The translations under genes and the position numbers were made by a program. A stretch of DNA of 64,000 bases from Octopus bimaculoides (Eukaryota), in assembly GCF_001194135.2 (NCBI RefSeq), contig NC_068989.1, positions 88,220,236 to 88,284,235 of the forward strand, in the 5' to 3' direction. This document shows positions 49,371-62,520 of this stretch, piece after piece. The notes under the pieces are model-generated. The model saw only the letters and a program-made list of their open reading frames with translations, did not search any database and was not told the DNA's origin. Position 1 is the stretch's first letter, and each line of letters begins with the position of its first letter.

Positions 49371-52300
49371 NNNNNNNNNNGATAACCATATATACACACA
49401 CACACACACACATATATATATACATACATATATACATATATATATACATACATATATAATTTTTAACCACCATTTCTGCTCCTTTACCCTATTCCCTCTT
49501 TCATATTTACCCTGTACCTTGAGCCCACCCCTCACTCTCTCTCTCTCTCTCTCTGCAACTGGGGAAGCCATGTATTCTCCTCTTTAGCAAGACAATTGTT
49601 CCTGACCCTCTGTCATATTTTCATATCCCTCAATACAACGACCTCTACTTAGATAAAGGGGTTTTGTCCAGCAAGCACTTAATGGCCTCACCAGTGAGTG
49701 ACAGGGCCATGAAGAAAGCACCTGGTATGGTCTATAAAGTGGTTGGCATTAGGAAAGGCAACCTGTTGTAGAAACAAAGCCACAGCAGACACCGGAGGCC
49801 AGAACAGACTCCTAGCAAGTCAGTCCATGGCAAAACATTCAATACATTCTCTTATGGAAAACATGACATACAATGATGATGATGATGATGATGATGTAAA
49901 CTTTTTGAACTGATTTTCTTGATCGTTTTCCTTAAACATTTAACTATGCTGTGTAAATCTTTCAAACCAATTTGCTACTTCCTCGAAAATTTTAAACACG
50001 CTATAAATAAAAATGATTTTGCAATTTTAAACACCAACGAATGATTATAATTTAAACTACTAACTAAGTAGTTGCTGCAAACATTCCTGCAAGGAATAGC
50101 AAATGCTAATATGATAATACAACAACAACAAAAACAAGAGATTGCAGAAGCAAGTGAAACCTCGAACAGATACTGCATATTGTGATGAAGTCATTAATTG
50201 AAACAAAAACAAAAACAAAATTAACCAAACCAATTAGTTAAAAATTATCATATTACAACGATGCCTTAGTAGTTATTGCCTTATTTGAAATGTAATATGC
50301 AGATATTGGACAACATTAGGTTACCATGTTAGCAGACGAAGCAAGAGAGCTGCTAGAAATATCAACCAAATCTCCCTCAAATCATACCTGGTGGTCCTAA
50401 AACAGGCAGACCACATTGGAAACACTATAAAAAATACAATGGTCATAACAGGATACTTTTGGACGTCAGTCAGCTTGACCAAGGTTGTTCTGGGGTTTAA
50501 CAACAACAATAGCAGGTAGCCCTGTTGGTAAAATTGGCAGATGCCTTATAGATGTGTTTGGATTTGTTTTTGAAGTGAGACTAACCAAAGAGGTAAGTTA
50601 CTGTAACAGTCAGATTACTCTGTCAAGTATATCATCATCATTTAGCGTCCATTTTCCATGCTGGGATGGGTTGGACGGTTTGACTGAGGTCTGGAGAGCC
50701 ACCGGTTGCACCAGGACTCAATCTGATCTGGCAATGTTTCTACAGCTGGATGCCCTTCCTAATGCTAACCACTCCAAGAGTGTGGTGGGTGCTTTTTACG
50801 CGCCACCGGCATGGGAGCCAGTTAGGGGTACTGGCATCAACCATTCAGATTGTTTTGAATTAATGGTACCGAATAAAAAGCACCCATGTTGGTGTCACTT
50901 TCTGTCTACCAAATCCACTCATAAGGTACTGGATGGTCTGCGGCTAATAGTAGAAGACATTTGCCCATGGGAATGAACTCGAAACCCATATGGTTGAAAA
51001 GTGAACTTCCCGAACATATTATTTTAACACACTTCACCCTCTCACACTTGATGACTAACAAACAAGGGAACCTCTACACAGAAGATCGACTTACAAGAAA
51101 TAACAACCACAGCTTCCTCAAATCATACCATGCAACCTAATACAATCTTAAGAAACAAAGACGGACACATTGAGCAATATAGTCCCTTATATGGGTAGGT
51201 ATGAGAGGGTGGATCTCCATTGTTTCTTATCTATTTAATTGTTTCAGTTGTTTGACTGTAGCCATGCTGGGGCACTGTTCAAAGAAGTTTTAGTCAAATG
51301 AATCAATCCCAGTACTTTTCATGTAAGCCTGGTACTTATTCAATTGGTCACCATTGCTGAACTGCGAAGTCGTGGGAACGTAAGCTCACAGACACAGACA
51401 CACACACACATGAACAATGAGCTTCTTTCAGTTTCCGTCAACCAAATCCACTCACAAGGTTTTGGTTGGCCTGAAGCCATAGTAGAAAACACTTGCCCAA
51501 GATGCCATGCAGTAAGACTGAAATTGGAACCATGTGGTTGGGAAGCAAGCTTCAGACCCACACAGCCATGCCAGTCAATTAGACAAATATTCCAGGACAC
51601 CAAAATAAGCTTTAAGACAACAGAGAGGTCATAGTTCAAAATCTTTAAAAATTCAAGAAACAATAACATACTCAAAGACTATCATGTGATCATGTGATCA
51701 AGTAGACAATCGCTGATCACAATGCACTTTGTATCGTTTTCACTTTTGAATGATGCCACCCTGCTGGTTAGGTGAGCATTCCAGCTGATTGAAATGCTAG
51801 TCTTACACAGGGTTATCTATTTACAGCTGAGTGGAATATCCACGAGCGAAATGTTGATCGGAATCCCTATCACCTCAGAAGCAAGGAAGATATCCACCTC
51901 CAGCTGTATATTGTTCTAGTTATTGTTTAGCTTCAAGTCAGTCCGGGTCAGTTAGACTTTCCACTCTTTGTTTTAAATATCCAGAATTACATTGCCAAAC
52001 AAGTCCTTCATTTAAAACACCACAGGGTGGAATTCGAGAGATTTGGCTGCTATTTCTAGTAGGCCTGGATCAATTAGACCAGGGATGCGAGACAACATTC
52101 CAGAAGGTGTGAGCAGGGCTGGATTTATAGAGTCAAAGAGGGCAATTCTGCCCTGGGCACCTTTATTCTTATATAAATTATTTCTTTAAGGGGTGCAAGA
52201 ACACATTAAAAGATTTTAGAGGTGTGGGGTATAACAAAAGTTGGGAACCACTGAATTAGACCTGTGCTCAAACATGTTCTACGTATGACCATTCCATGTT

Positions 52301-53118
52301 TCAAATACTCAGGATTACATTGTCCAAAGTATCCCTCTTTTTTAAGACCATAAGATGGAATTTCTGATTTGGCTGTTATTAGTTTTAAACTTGATGTTCC
52401 TCAACAAAAGAAAGATTGGTACATAAAACTGCTTTGTGCAGTTAAGGGTGATGCAATTTCCGAATGGATATATCTGATTTCTGCAGTAAAGAAGGTTAAC
52501 CCAATAATATGCTCCTTTCATTTAACTTGGGAAGTTACACCACATTTTTTCACAGTAAAATTAGACACTTTCCTGTACAGAATTTAATTCTTTTGTTACA
52601 CAAACAGCAAGCAACTAGTTTTTTGTTTTTTTTTTCAAAAATTATTTTACCTGCATTTCCTCCTCGTTATGAAATAATGGATTTAAAATGTCTAGCGTTT
52701 TAGCAAATTTTGAAGATTTATCTGGGGTTGGACTGATTACTTTTACAACAGGATGCCCTGCCTACTGTTAAGCACTCAACCGTGACAGACTTGTTTGCTG
52801 TGAGAGCCACATAAACTTACATCACTCCCTAAACCCAGCTTGCTTTCTCACTGAATATGTTACCAAACAAATAAATTCTTCAACTCACTCTGAGACTGAC
52901 AATGGTGTGGATTTAACAACTAAAAAGCTGAGCTGAGTCAATAAAACAACTCTGAACAAAAGAATTAGCATGTTTACATCACTCATTTACTAAAGCTAAC
53001 CCCACCAAACATTTTTTAAAAACACTCTACTTACTCGCAGCATCATAGCTTCTACCTTTTACTTGTCTCAGTCATTAGAATGTGGCCACGCTGGAGCACC
53101 ATTCTGGAAGGTTTAGCC

Positions 53119-53321
53119 CAGGGGTTCTTGATCATTTTTCACCCAATGGACCCCTTTCGTTCCTATTTTGTTCTACTAGCTCTCATAGCCATTCAGTGTT
53201 TAAAAAATTCCTACTGTTATCCAGTGTAGAAGTATAAACCAGTTTATTGCAGATAAATTTTAACAACAAAAATATCCTATTGATCCCTAAGGGGGTTATG
53301 GACCCTGGTTGAGAGCCACTA
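53119..53321. mobile_element. Older related hAT MITE inserted within a SINE A copy
   Basis: Degenerate termini caggggttcttgatc / ggttgagagccacta; SINE A sequence continues on both sides. Confidence 0.6.
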
Positions 53322-55044
53322 ATTTACTCGATCAAATTGACTCCAGTACTTAAATCTTATGCCTGGTACTTATTCTATCGGTCTCTTTTGCTGAACTGGT
53401 AGGTTATGGGAACATAAATGGCGGAAACAAACACAAACAGAAAGATAGACACACACACACACATGATGGGTTTCCACACAAAATCCATCTCCCAAATTCA
53501 CTCACAAGGCATTGGTTGGCCTGTGGCTACAGTTGAGAACCATTTGCCTAAGGTGCCATGCAATGGGATTGAATCCAGAACCACTGAGTTGCAAAGCAAG
53601 CTTCTTAGCCACACAGCCGTGCCTGCACCTTCTCTTTTCTCTTTTATTTATGGTTTGGAACAGAAAGAAGCAGTGCCTTTGACTTTTTTCAGGGCCACTG
53701 AGACTGAAAGAGGAAAGATAGGAAGATCTTGATATCTCCAAGTCCATATGCGATCAACATACGGGAATCTCATTAAGGGACCTTCGGCTCAGATTGCAGT
53801 AATAAACAGGGCTGAGAATGACATAATGAGCGAAAAAAGAAGGGATTATATTCAAAGTTGTAATAACTGAATTCCACATAAAAAGCACCCGGTACACTCT
53901 GTAAAGGGGTTGGTGTTAGGAAGGGCACCCAGCCATAAAAACCACAACATTGGAGTTCAATGCAGTCCTCTGGTTCACTGATTCCTGTTGGACTGTCCAA
54001 CCCATTCTGGCATGGAAAATGGATGTTAAGTGATGAGGAGGAGCAGGAGTTCACACACTCAGCATCTGGAGACAGAGGCATTGGTTCACAGTTGGTCAAG
54101 CTCATCCAAAACACTTCTCCCAGGTTAGTATTATTAATAACAGACATGGATTGTACAACAACTATAGGAATTACTTTGGGGGGTCACCAGAACTGCTAGA
54201 AATAGCAGCCAAATCACTCTACAATTATACAGTACTTGAAAAGAGAGATCCTTCCCGAGTCATACAGACTTATAGGGCTGGTTTCCCACTTTCTGTAGCA
54301 TATATGTTTTCCCCTTGGACAGGATGCTGGTCTGTCACAGGAAAACTCATTTTTTGCCAGCTGAGTGGACCGGATCAACGTGAAATGAAGTGTTTTGCTC
54401 AAAAACACAATGCACCATCTGGTCCAGGAATCGAACCTACAACCATGCAATCTTGAGTGCAACACACTAACCACAAGGCCATGCACCTTGAGATACACAT
54501 GGCTCAACACCATTTTGTCTGGAACACCTTTGAACATAGACCTGTTCAGTCAGAGTTGAACTGGGGTAAACAACAACATTCAAAATATATGGCTGAGCAA
54601 CAATGTAAAGATTGACGTACAAGGTTGTACAAGGTTGACATACAGCAACCATACTGTGGTATGGCCCTACCAGAAAGATGATGTTTAGAATTAAGTAGTG
54701 AGTAACCATTGAGAAAATTGACAGCTTGATTCCCTGAAAAAACTAGTGGAGTAATAAATGAAGATTTAATATGTTGTTAATTATGAGTTAGTGAAATAAT
54801 TCACAACAGTGCTGCCACAAATGACATTCTTCTCCCAGAAAATATGAATTATGGTGGTTTCTTTTCAATAATTTTTTCAGATGTATGTATGGACATGTGT
54901 GTGTGTGTGTGTGTGGTTAAGAAGTTTACTTTCCAACCATATGATTTCAGGTTCACTCCCACTGCATGGCATCTCGGGCTAGTCGTTTGCTAATGTGGCC
55001 CTGAACCAACCAAAGCCTTGAGAGTGAATTTCGTAGAGGTCACC

Positions 55045-55375
55045 TTACTGGTATTTGTGCCGGTGGCACGTTAGAAAATCATTCGAGCGAGGTCGTTGCC
55101 AGTGCCCCTGGACTGGCTTCTGTGCAGGTGGCACGTAAAAACACCATTTTGAGCGTGGCCGTTGCCAGTATCACGTGACTGGTCCTTGTGCCAGTGGCAT
55201 ATAAAAGCACCCACTACACTCTCGGAGTGGTTGGCATTAGGAAGGGTATCCAGCTGTAGAAACTTTGCCAGATCAGATTGGAGCCTGGTGCAGAGTTCTG
55301 GGTTGCCAGCCCTCAGTCAAACCGTCTAACCCATGCCAGCATGGAAAGCGGACGTTAAATGCTGATGATGATTAT
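55045..55375 (+). mobile_element. SINE family C with repeated gtgccggtggcacgt modules
   Basis: Family C consensus. Further copies lie near 4815-4990, 5505-5670, 6155-6400, 17955-18140, 24270-24620, 27975-28160, 38510-38700, 41700-41900, 46360-46710, 48905-48990, 49690-49895, 50630-50830, 53870-54035, 58680-58945, 61075-61310, 62735-62900 and 63515-63720. Confidence 0.85.
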
Positions 55376-55823
55376 ATANNNNNNNNNNNNNNNNNNNNNN
55401 NNNNNNNNNNNNNNNNNNNNNNNNNNNNNNNNNNNNNNNTGTGTCCATGCTCTGATACTGTGTCGTTGTTGTAAATGAGTGTCACTGTCATACAAGCAAA
55501 ATAATTCACTTCCAATCTTCTGCAAAAACATGTCTGGCATTGGGAGAAATATTGCCTTACTTGGAAACAGGTGAAGGTTGGCAACAGAAAGGGCATTGGT
55601 TATAGAAGATCTGCCTCCATAAACCCTTGCCAACCCAAGCAAGCATGGAAAAGTAGACATTAAAAATTATAATGATATATATATAAGGGCATCCAGCTGT
55701 AGAAACTTTGCCAGATCAGATTGGAGCCTGGTGCAGAGTTCTGGGTTGCCAGCCCTCAGTCAAACCGTCTAACCCATGCCAGCATGGAAAGCGGACGTTA
55801 AATGCTGATGATGATTATATATA

Positions 55824-55873
<50 letters not shown>

Positions 55874-56275
55874 TATAACATATGTATATACATATGCATA
55901 TAAATGCATATGTACAAACTTACACGCACATTTGTATGTGCATTAATAGATTTTTAATATTTCATGAAGTTAACTAGCATTAGGCATTTCTATTAGACTA
56001 ATAAGCATGAATGAATAAATGTGTGTGTGTGTGTGTGTGTATATACACACGCACACACATATAAATAAGAGCCCACAATGTTATTTATATTAACTTAGAG
56101 ATAATACAGTACAGCAATGGAGGTAAAATGGGGGAAGAGAAGTGAGGAAGAATAAAGCACAGCTGATTAACCTTGCATAAATTAAGACCGTATTGTTAAT
56201 GAATGTCATTAGCAGTAACTAGCTTGACCTTTTTTTTTAATGCACAGTGTGTGTGTGTGTGCGTGTATATGTGTT

Positions 56276-56502
56276 ATTTCTTTACTACCCACAAGGGGCT
56301 ACACACAGAGGGGACAAACAAGGACAGACAAACGGATTAAGTCGATAATACCGACCCCAGTGCGTAACTGGTACTTATTTAATCGACCCCGAAAGGATGA
56401 AAGGCAAAGTCAACCTCGGCGGAATTTGAACTCAGAACGTAGCGGCAGACAAAATACCGTTAAGCATTTCGCCCGGTGTGCTAACGTTTCTGCCAGCTCG
56501 CC
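56276..56502 (-). mobile_element. SINE family B, young subfamily with alternative 3' tail
   Basis: CpG-rich, with tail aatccgtttgtctgtccttgtttgtcccctctgtgtgtagccccttgtgggtagtaaagaaat; the same tail occurs at 21490-21550. Confidence 0.9.
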
Positions 56503-57434
56503 ATGTGTGTGTTTCTGGAGGACTAGGTCAGTCCATGAACAGTATCTAAGACCGCCTCAAGGCAACGAGCTGGCAGAATGATTAGCATGCCGGGCAAAAT
56601 GCTTAGTGGTNNNNNNNNNNNNNNNNNNNNNNNNNNNNNNNNNNNNNNNNNNNNNNNNNNNNNNNNNNNNNNNNNNNNNNNNNNNNNNNNNNNNNNNNNN
56701 NNNNNNNNNNNNNNNNNNNNNNNNNNNNNNNNNNNNNNNNNNNNNNNNNNNNNNNNNNNNNNNNNNNNNNNNNNNNNNNNNNNNNNNNNNNNNNNNNNNN
56801 NNNNNNNNNNNNNNNNNNNNNNNNNNNNNNNNNNNNNNNNNNNNNNNNNNNNNNNNNNNNNNNNNNNNNNNNNNNNNNNNNNNNNNNNNNNNNNNNNNNN
56901 NNNNNNNNNNNNNNNNNNNNNNNNNNNNNNNNNNNNNNNNNNNNNNNNNNNNNNNNNNNNNNNNNNNNNNNNNNNNNNNNNNNNNNNNNNNNNNNNNNNN
57001 NNNNNNNNNNNNNNNNNNNNNNNNNNNNNNNNNNNNNNNNNNNNNNNNNNNNNNNNNNNNNNNNNNNNNNNNNNNNNNNNNNNNNNNNNNNNNNNNNNNN
57101 NNNNNNNNNNNNNNNNNNNNNNNNNNNNNNNNNNNNNNNNNNNNNNNNNNNNNNNNNNNNNNNNNNNNNNNNNNNNNNNNNNNNNNNNNNNNNNNNNNNN
57201 NNNNNNNNNNNNNNNNNNNNNNNNNNNNNNNNNNNNNNNNNNNNNNNNNNNNNNNNNNNNNNNNNNNNNNNNNNNNNNNNGGGGGGGGGGCGGATCATGT
57301 GTTGAAAGGAATTCTTTGGGGTTTGGATAATTCACCCTTGGAAACATGGGTGTTATGTTCAACATTCTTGAACAACCCTTATTCAGGGACCTTTTGAGTG
57401 GGATGGGCTACAGGACCTGAAGAAAATTCTAACT

Positions 57435-57622
57435 GCAAGGTCATGCGCTGTTTACCTTGATATGAGATCACTAAGTTGTGCACATATGGTTGTGATGCAT
57501 GTGCCTGGTGTACCTTTATCGGTGGGTAGTCATGATGGGTATATTGGGTTTCGTATATTTTACCCCGGTGTCACTTTGGTGGCATGCACTGCTCTCTCAC
57601 TCAATAATAACAATAATAACAA
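57435..57622 (+). mobile_element. Retroelement-like 3' end with (AAT)n tail
   Basis: ..cgtatattttaccccggtgtcactttggtggcatgcactgctctctcactc followed by aataataac; family not identified. Confidence 0.45.
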
Positions 57623-60204
57623 TTTCCTACTATAGGCACAAGGTCTGAAAATTTGGGGAAGACAGGGATAGTTGATCATGTTGCTCCCCTGTGCTCAAAC
57701 AGTACTTATTTTATCAACACTGAAGGATGAAAGGCTAAGCCGACCTCAGCAGAATTTGAACTCAGAACATGAAGATGAACAAAATGCCACTAATCCTTTT
57801 GTCCAGCATGCTAACAATTCTGCTGACTCGCCACCTTGACCCATTAGTTGTCAAATAATTTAATTCACATTTTTTGGCTTTGCCAGGTGACATAGGAGTT
57901 AAAATAATATATAGTATTTAAATTTTCTTCATATGTGAATTATTTTGGAAATTATGATAAATTTTTCATAAAGTCCCAAATGGGGATCACTGAAAAAAAG
58001 TATATTTATCCTTTTCTATTCAATTGCAATAATTAACATTTTAGTTTTTGTTTTTAAACTATAGTATCAAATGCGAATGTGTATGAAATATCAATGAATG
58101 ATATAAATGTGAAATGCAAAAACAAAAAAAAAACGTTTTCGAAACAGTCAGTATTTTTGTAGTTCCCAATTTGCAATTTATGATATAAAATGCCCTCTAG
58201 AATTAGCCAGAGCAAGAAATGACAAACTTTAACTACTAAATATTGTTACACACACCTCTGAAAATGCATCGTACATAAGCAATTCATTTTAAATACAACA
58301 AACAACAGGCAATGAGACTGTTTTTAGCAGATCCCCAAACAGGGCTAATGGCAAGCAATGGGTTAATAATAATGATGATGATGATGATGATGATGATGGT
58401 GATGCTTTCTTTTATTAGCCACAGGGTCATAGATGAGGAGAACATCAAAAAGACAATCAGCAATTTGTGTAGGGATTTACATAAAATTTGAGGAGAAAGA
58501 AATGGAAAAGCAGGTGAAATGCAATAAAAGTATACATAATATGATGCAACCCTCCTGCCCATAGATTCACGGTTACCCTGACCACCAAAGGCACAAGCCC
58601 TCTCCCAACTGTTGCTCCCCAATCTACAGGCACATGCTTAGAGTAGGGTAATTCATTCTAATCATGTTTTCCAGTCACCCATCATCATCACTATCATCAT
58701 TGTTTAATGTCCACTTTCCATGCTGGTATGGGTTGGACAGTTTGACTGAGGGCTGGCAAGAAGGCTGCACCAGGTTCCAATCTGATCTGGCAGAGTTTCT
58801 ACAGCTGGATGCCCTTCCTAACGCCAACCACTCTGAGAGTTTAGTGAGTGCTTTTTACATGTCACCAGCATGGGAGCCAGTCAGGTGGCAGTGGCAATGA
58901 CCATGCTCGAATGGTGCTTTTTATGTGCCACCAGCACGGGACCAGTGTCGGAATTCCCTCTCTGCCCTCACTTTCCTTTCCAAGTGGAACATCAATAAAC
59001 CACATTAAAGTGCGTTAAGGACCAAGTTCCTCCCCCCTCCACACACAAACACACACATTCTTCAGTAGATATGAAATTGATTTCTCTAATTTTTTTGCGC
59101 ATTCAATAGGTTGGCAGCATATATTGAGCAAATTATTGAAGAAAAAGTAGCAAATCTAAGTGAAAGTCAAATAAGAAATAAATAAAAATAAAATAAAGAA
59201 ATGAAAATTTTTTTTTGAAATATCTACAAAAAATGCCCCCAAAAAACTAACAAAACTCTTATTAAAATGAATCTGTTAATGGTCAAACTTGCTATTGTGT
59301 TTCTATGTAGAGATAAATTCTTGTGCATGGAGATAGAGAGGGGGGGGCGCAATGTTTCCCAACCTCTCCGCAAGTCTGCCATTTTCAACTTTGAAATCAT
59401 CAAAATCAATCAATAAGTTCAAAGTCAGTCAACTTAATTCCCATCCTTTACAAAAACCTTATTTGAAAAGATTGACAAGATTCCATTGATTTCAATTTTC
59501 TTCTCCACTTCTCCTCCTCCCTCCCACCTCTGTTCCTCCATCAGAACTATTTTTTCTTTCTTAAGGAAGATGACTGAGATGAACGAAAAAAAAAAAATGG
59601 TTTCTAAAGATCACTTAAGGAATATTTCTCAGACATCATCATCATCGTTATTATTATTGCACAAGGTTTCTTAACAGGCCATTTTAATTTAATAGTCTGG
59701 GCCGATCTTACCTCTAAAATTAAAAGGAAAAAGAGAGAGAAGGAGGGGAAAAAAAAAGAAAATTTCTTTAAAATAAAAAAAATGAAATACAAGAAAGAAA
59801 AAAAATCCTACCGATAGTGTAAGTTAAATGGATGTATTTATTGAATTTCTAGATATTAAATTGATTTGCACAACTCTTGATTGATTCCTATAACAGATCA
59901 GTATGAAAGACTGAGTGTACAAGAGTAAAAGAGAAAGTCAACAACTTGTATAATCAGACCTTTTGATTAGATTTAAGGTAAGGGCTCAAACCATTCTACT
60001 ATGAAATTTACAATCAATTCAGAGAGAGAAAAAGAGAGAGAAAAAGAGAGAGAGGGAGAGAGAGATAGAAGCAGATTGTATATGTGTGTGTATTAAGATA
60101 TATTAAATGATATTATATTCTTCACTGGGAAGTTTTAATGCTTCAGGAAAGAAAAGAATATCAACATCTGTTTGCCTATTTATGTCCCTGTCTATTATAC
60201 ACTT

Positions 60205-60680
60205 CGCATGTCTACAAGCCTGTCTCTGTATGTCTACCAACCTATTTCTGTATTTACCAAGCCTTTCCATGTCTACCAAGCCCGTGTCTGTGTCTGCCAA
60301 GCCTTTCTGTGTTTTGTGTCTACCAACCTATTTCTGTGTTTACCAAACTTTTCTGTGTCTACCAAGTCTTTCTGTGTCTGCCAAGCCTTTGTGTACTTGC
60401 CAAGCCTTTCTGTGAATGCCAAGCCTTTCTGTGTTTGTGTCTACCAACCTATTTCTGTGTCTACAAGCCTGTTTCCGTGTTTACCAAGCCTGTCTGTGTC
60501 TACAAACCCGTCTCTCTGTCTACCAATCTATCACTGTACCTACCAACCTCTCTGTCTTTGTTTACCAACCAATGTGTGTCTACTGGCCTGCCTCTCTGTC
60601 TACCATGCCTGTCACTGTCTCTACCAAACCTGTATCTGTCTACCAACCCATCTCTGTTTATGTTATCAAACCAGTCCACG
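60205..60680. repeat. Minisatellite, degenerate unit of about 20 bp (tgtctaccaagcctttctg)
   Basis: More than 20 recurrences of (t/c)taccaa / tgccaagcc within about 475 bp. Confidence 0.88.
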
Positions 60681-61634
60681 TTTCATGACAGAAGAGTTGT
60701 AAAACTGAGGCCATGAAAGCACATCCTTTATGCCCAAGCACCATTCCTGCACACAGTCTGCCCACCTACCCTTCTTCCCAATGCCTCCAGTTCCCCATCC
60801 ATTGAATCTCTCCCCTGCAACATATCCCCCTCCCTCTGCTTGTATTCACTCCTTACATTCCCTCCCTCTCTACCTTCCACTCTCCCTTCACAATCTCATG
60901 AACACACCCACCCTCTCCAACCCCTTCGGTCCACTCACCCCATACCCCCATCTCAATCACATTTTCACCCCCCTCTCTCTCCTCACATGAAGTAACCATG
61001 TGTTACCCTCTAATGCAAGACTCCTTTGTTTCTATCCCTCAATACAACTCCCCCATCCTCAGTTGAGGGGTTTTGTCCTGCTGCAAGTTACTTGGTGATC
61101 TCAATGCGGCTGGTGCTGTGTAAAAAGTACCCAGTATACTCTTTAAACAGTACTGGACATTATGAAGGGCATCCATCCATAGAAACCATGCCAAAACAGA
61201 AAGCAGGGCTTCATACAGTCTTCTGGCTTGCCACTTCCTGTTGAACTGTCCAACCCATGGCAGCATGGAAAACAGATGTTTGATGATGATGAGGATGATG
61301 ATGATGATGAACCTGTCCATCTGTGACCACCAACCTATCTTTGCTTGCATCTACTAACCTGTCTCTCTTCCTATTTCCCTACTCCATCAACTGCAGCAGA
61401 TCACAGCTGTAATACCACTGTCGTTGGTAGGGACTTAGTGGAGAAAAGGGTGCCTGACATAATCGAGGTGGCTATGAAGAATGATAAAATTAGACTTAGC
61501 CTATGTGACAGGGGCCCTTATCCTCTTTCTGTGTACACCAAAAGGGAACAGATCAGTGAGGTCCTTGTAGAAGGAATATCATCACAAATCGGAGCCCTTA
61601 ATGGTGATATTAGACAAAAACCAATAGGAGAATA

Positions 61635-62520
61635 GGCGCAGAAGTGGCTGTGTGGTAAGTAGCTTGCTTACCAACCACATGGTTGCGGGTTCAGTCCCAC
61701 TGCCTGGCACCTTCGGCAAGTGTCTTCTACTATAGCTTCGGGCCGACCAAAGCCTTGTGAGTGGATTTGGTAGATGGAAACTGAAAGAAGCCTGTCGTCA
61801 TCATCATCATCATCATCATCGTTTAACGTCCGCTTTCCATGCTAGCATGGGTTGGACGATTTGACTGAGGACTGGTGAAACCGGATGGCAACACCAGGCT
61901 CCAGTCTGATTTGGCAGAGTTTCTACAGCTGGATGCCCTTCCTAACGCCAACCACTCAGAGAGTGTANNNNNNNNNNNNNNNNNNNNNNNNNNNNNNNNN
62001 NNNNNNNNNNNNNNNNNNNNNNNNNNNNNNNNNNNNNNNNNNNNNNNNNNNNNNNNNNNNNNNNNNNNNNNNNNNNNNNNNNNNNNNNNNNNNNNNNNNN
62101 NNNNNNNNNNNNNNNNNNNNNNNNNNNNNNNNNNNNNNNNNNNNNNNNNNNNNNNNNNNNNNNNNNNNNNNNNNNNNNNNNNNNNNNNNNNNNNNNNNNN
62201 NNNNNNNNNNNNNNNNNNNNNNNNNNNNNNNNNNNNNNNNNNNNNNNNNNNNNNNNNNNNNNNNNNNNNNNNNNNNNNNNNNNNNNNNNNNNNNNNNNNN
62301 NNNNNNNNNNNNNNNNNNNNNNNNNNNNNNNNNNNNNNNNNNNNNNNNNNNNNNNNNNNNNNNNNNNNNNNNNNNNNNNNNNNNNNNNNNNNNNNNNNNN
62401 NNNNNNNNNNNNNNNNNNNNNNNNNNNNNNNNNNNNNNNNNNNNNNNNNNNNNNNNNNNNNNNNNNNNNNNNNNNNNNNNNNNNNNNNNNNNNNNAATGA
62501 CTGGAACAAGTAGAAGAATA
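61635..62520 (+). mobile_element. SINE A with SINE C at the same internal position (middle hidden by a gap)
   Basis: A head 61635-61798, C 61799-61967, N gap, A tail tgactggaacaagta at about 62499-62515. Confidence 0.82.

Noticed and set aside
49975-50178. Hydrophobic 67-aa ORF (MQYLFEVSLASAISCFCCCC..)
   Set aside because: It is AT-rich with a (TTG)n-derived Cys run, and lacks convincing splice sites or a recognisable domain.
55045-55215. Repeated gtgccggtggcacgt modules resembling a CRISPR-like array
   Set aside because: They are internal modules of SINE C with irregular spacing, in a eukaryotic context with no cas genes.
61345-61635. 96-aa complex ORF
   Set aside because: No recognisable motif or splice context; it may be an old LINE fragment but this could not be supported.
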